Shown: positions 35,735 through 37,957 of the stretch, one piece after another
How the letters are laid out: each line of letters opens with the position of its first letter
Position numbering within the stretch: position 1 is the stretch's first letter
Source: Chiloscyllium plagiosum
Taxonomy: Eukaryota
Direction: 5' to 3'
DNA length: 37,957 bases
Assembly: GCF_004010195.1 (NCBI RefSeq)
Contig: NC_057719.1
Coordinates: 64,195,962-64,233,918, forward strand
Notes under the pieces: model-generated
Told to the model about the DNA's origin: nothing
The model's input: the letters and a program-made list of their open reading frames with translations, nothing else
Databases searched by the model: none
Made by a program: the position numbers and the translations under genes

Positions 35735-35855
35735 ATTGTCATGCTGTGGGACCTTGCTGTGCCATGTTATCAAAATGATGAAAGGGCCAAACACTGTAGT
35801 AATAAAGTACTCCACTGCCTGTGGAAAAGGTTTGCGACTTCCTGATGTGGGGAGT
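35735..35855 (+). mobile_element. Old Deu-SINE/L2-type tail fragment
   Basis: tgtgggaccttgctgtgc..aaagtactccactgcctgt..tttgcgacttcctga. Confidence 0.4.
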
Positions 35856-36002
35856 GGGGCTGGGAAAGCTATCACAGAAATACAAGCTCCCTAATGCCTT
35901 CCTAAGTGGGTTGTGTATGTCGGTTGGACAGGATTTGTCCTGGAAAGACCGTGTGTTGTGCGTATGAAACCGGCGGTGGCTGAACGTGAGTAGAAGTGAT
36001 TT

Positions 36003-36283
36003 GGGCAGCACGGTGGTTCAACGGCTAGCACTGCTGCCTCAGTGCCAGGGATCCGGGTTCGATTCCAGCCTTGTGGAGTTTTCACAGTCTCCCCATATCT
36101 GCGTGGGTTTCCTCTGGGTGCTCAGGCTTCTTCCAACATTCCAAAGCTGAGCAGGTTAGGAGGATTGGCCATAAGAAATTGCCCATGGAGTTCAGGGATG
36201 TCTGAATTAGCCTTGGAAAACGCAGGATTACACGGATAGGATAGGGTAGGGTAAGGGACAGGGTTTGGCTGGGTTCCTCTAAT
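36003..36283 (+). mobile_element. V-SINE, 3' end cut by a PLE insertion
   Basis: gggcagcacggtggttca..agcactgctgcctca, B box gggttcgattcc, V-domain ctgcgtgggtttcctctgggtgctc. Confidence 0.88.
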
Positions 36284-36285
36284 GG

Positions 36286-36584
36286 AGGAGAAAGTGAGGT
36301 CTGCAGATGCTGGAGATCAGAGCTGAAAATGTGTTGCTGGAAAAGCGCAGCAGGTCAGGCAGCATCCAGGGAACAGGAGAATCGACGTTTCGGGCATAAG
36401 CCCTTCTTCAGGAATGAGGAAAGTTTGTCCAGCAGGCTAAGATAAAAGGTAGGGAGGAGGGACTTGGGGGAAGGGCGTCGGAAATGTGATAGGTGGAAAG
36501 AGGTCAAGGTGAGGGTGATAGGTCAGACTGGGGGGGGGGCGGAGAGGTCAGGAAGAAGATTGCAGGTTAGGAAGGCGGTGCTGA
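36286..36584 (-). mobile_element. Young PLE pLTR with hammerhead core (36384-36411)
   Basis: Almost exact reverse complement of 12552-12813 plus the 35-nt tail. No TSD seen. Confidence 0.9.
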
Positions 36585-36589
36585 AATTG

Positions 36590-36679
36590 TAAAAACCGTA
36601 CCCTTGTTTGTTGTCCCAAATTGCAATACCTCGCATTTATCCAGATTGAACTCCATTTGCTATTTTTTCAGCCCATTTA
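36590..36679 (-). mobile_element. CR1 RT-region fragment
   Basis: Reverse translation KWAEK*QMEFNLDKCEVLQFGTTNKG. Confidence 0.75.
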
Positions 36680-37957
36680 GAAGATAAGACCTAGGAGCAG
36701 AAGTCATCCATCGGCCCTTCGGTCCTGCTCTGCCATTCAATAAATTCATGGTTGATCTTTTCATGGACTCGGCTCCACTTACTGCGCTCTCACTGTATCC
36801 CTTAAATTTTTTATTGTTCAAAAGATTCTACCTTAGCTTTAAAAATGTTTACTGAAGTAGCATCAATTACTTCACTGGGCAGGGAATTCTATGGATTAAC
36901 AACCCTCTGGGTGAAGAAGTTCCTTTCCAATCAGTCGTAAATCTGCTCCCTCTAATCTTGAGGCTATGTCCTCTTGTCCCAGTTTCACCTGCCACTGAAA
37001 ACATCCTTCCTACTTCTATCCCCTTCATAATTTTATTTGTTTCCATAAGATCCCCCCTCATTCTTCTAAATTCCAACCTATTCCGACCAATAGTCAACCA
37101 ATCCTCTATCCATGCTAAGACTTTACCCGTAACGCCATGCATCCTTATCTTATGCAGCAGCTTCTTGTGCAGCACATTGTCAAAGACCTTTTGGAAATCT
37201 AGGTACACAACATCCACTGGGTCCCCATTGTCTACCTTGCTCATAATGTCTTCATAGAATTCCAAAAGATTTGTTAAGCACAACCTGCCCTTCATGAACC
37301 CATGTAGTGTCTGCCCAATGGCACAATTTCTATCGAGATTCCTTGCTATATCTTACTTGATAATAGACTCAAACATCTTTGCCACTACAGAGGTTAAGCT
37401 AACCAGTCTATAACTTCCCATCTTTGGTGTATCTCCCTTTTTAAACTGTGGCATCACATTTGCTATTTTCTAATCTGCTGGAACTGCCCCAGCGAATTTT
37501 GGAAAATTACCACCAGTGCACCTGCTATTTCTCCTGCCATCTCTTTAGTACCCTTGGATGCATTCTATCAGGGCCAGGAGACTTATCTATCCTTACCTCC
37601 ATTAATTTGCCCAACATGACTTCTTCTGTGATAATGATTGTTTCCAGGTACTCACCTGTCTTTGTCTCTTTGTCAACTACTGGCATGTTATTTATTTCCT
37701 CCAGTGTGAAGACCAATAACAAAATATCTATTCAATACCTCAGCCATTTCATCATATCCCATAACAAAATGCCCCTTCTCATCCTCTAAAGTACCGACAT
37801 TTACTTTAGCCACTCTTTTTCGTTTTATGTGCTGATAGAAAATTTTGTTATCTGTCTTTATATTCTGTGCCAGTTTTTTCTCATGTTCTATCTTACTTTT
37901 CCTTATAGCTCTTTTTGTGCCTTTCTGTTGACCTTTAAAGTTTTCCCAATCTTCTAG
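36680..37957 (-). mobile_element. CR1 LINE ORF2/3' end with a large internal deletion near 37080; continues past the window
   Basis: DKSPGPDRMHPRVLK, CLTNLLEFYE, VDVVYLDFQKVFDNV, and WIEDWLT fused directly to LEFRRMRGDL; 3' UTR at 36680-36860. Confidence 0.92.

Noticed and set aside
36003..36075. tRNA gene candidates (also 1570-1640 and 32950-33023)
   Set aside because: They are SINE heads continuous with the SINE core and lack a complete cloverleaf.

Overview
Eukaryotic intergenic or intronic DNA that is dense in repeats. No intact host gene could be supported. The repeat set (HE1/V-SINE-type and Deu-type tRNA SINEs, CR1 and L2 LINEs) points to a cartilaginous fish, probably a shark (inference). 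Main content: (1) a full-length but decayed Gmr1-like Gypsy LTR retrotransposon at 14889-21239, with gag-PR-IN-RT-RH order, a SCAN-like capsid and a tRNA-Pro PBS followed by PBS-like repeats, apparently inserted into an older LTR; (2) a deleted Tx1/L1-clade element on the minus strand at about 10312-14180; (3) about ten Penelope-like element (PLE) insertions, several being short fold-back hairpins with 13-16 bp target duplications, a 35-38 nt unpaired tail and minimal hammerhead ribozyme cores, with fold-back junctions falling in or next to the ribozyme; (4) many CR1 fragments, including a younger antisense copy truncated at the position homologous to its insertion site in an older CR1; (5) a tentative fossil SWIM + YqaJ-like nuclease ORF at about 23780-25260. 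All calls are by eye with no database searches, so boundaries of old repeats are approximate.
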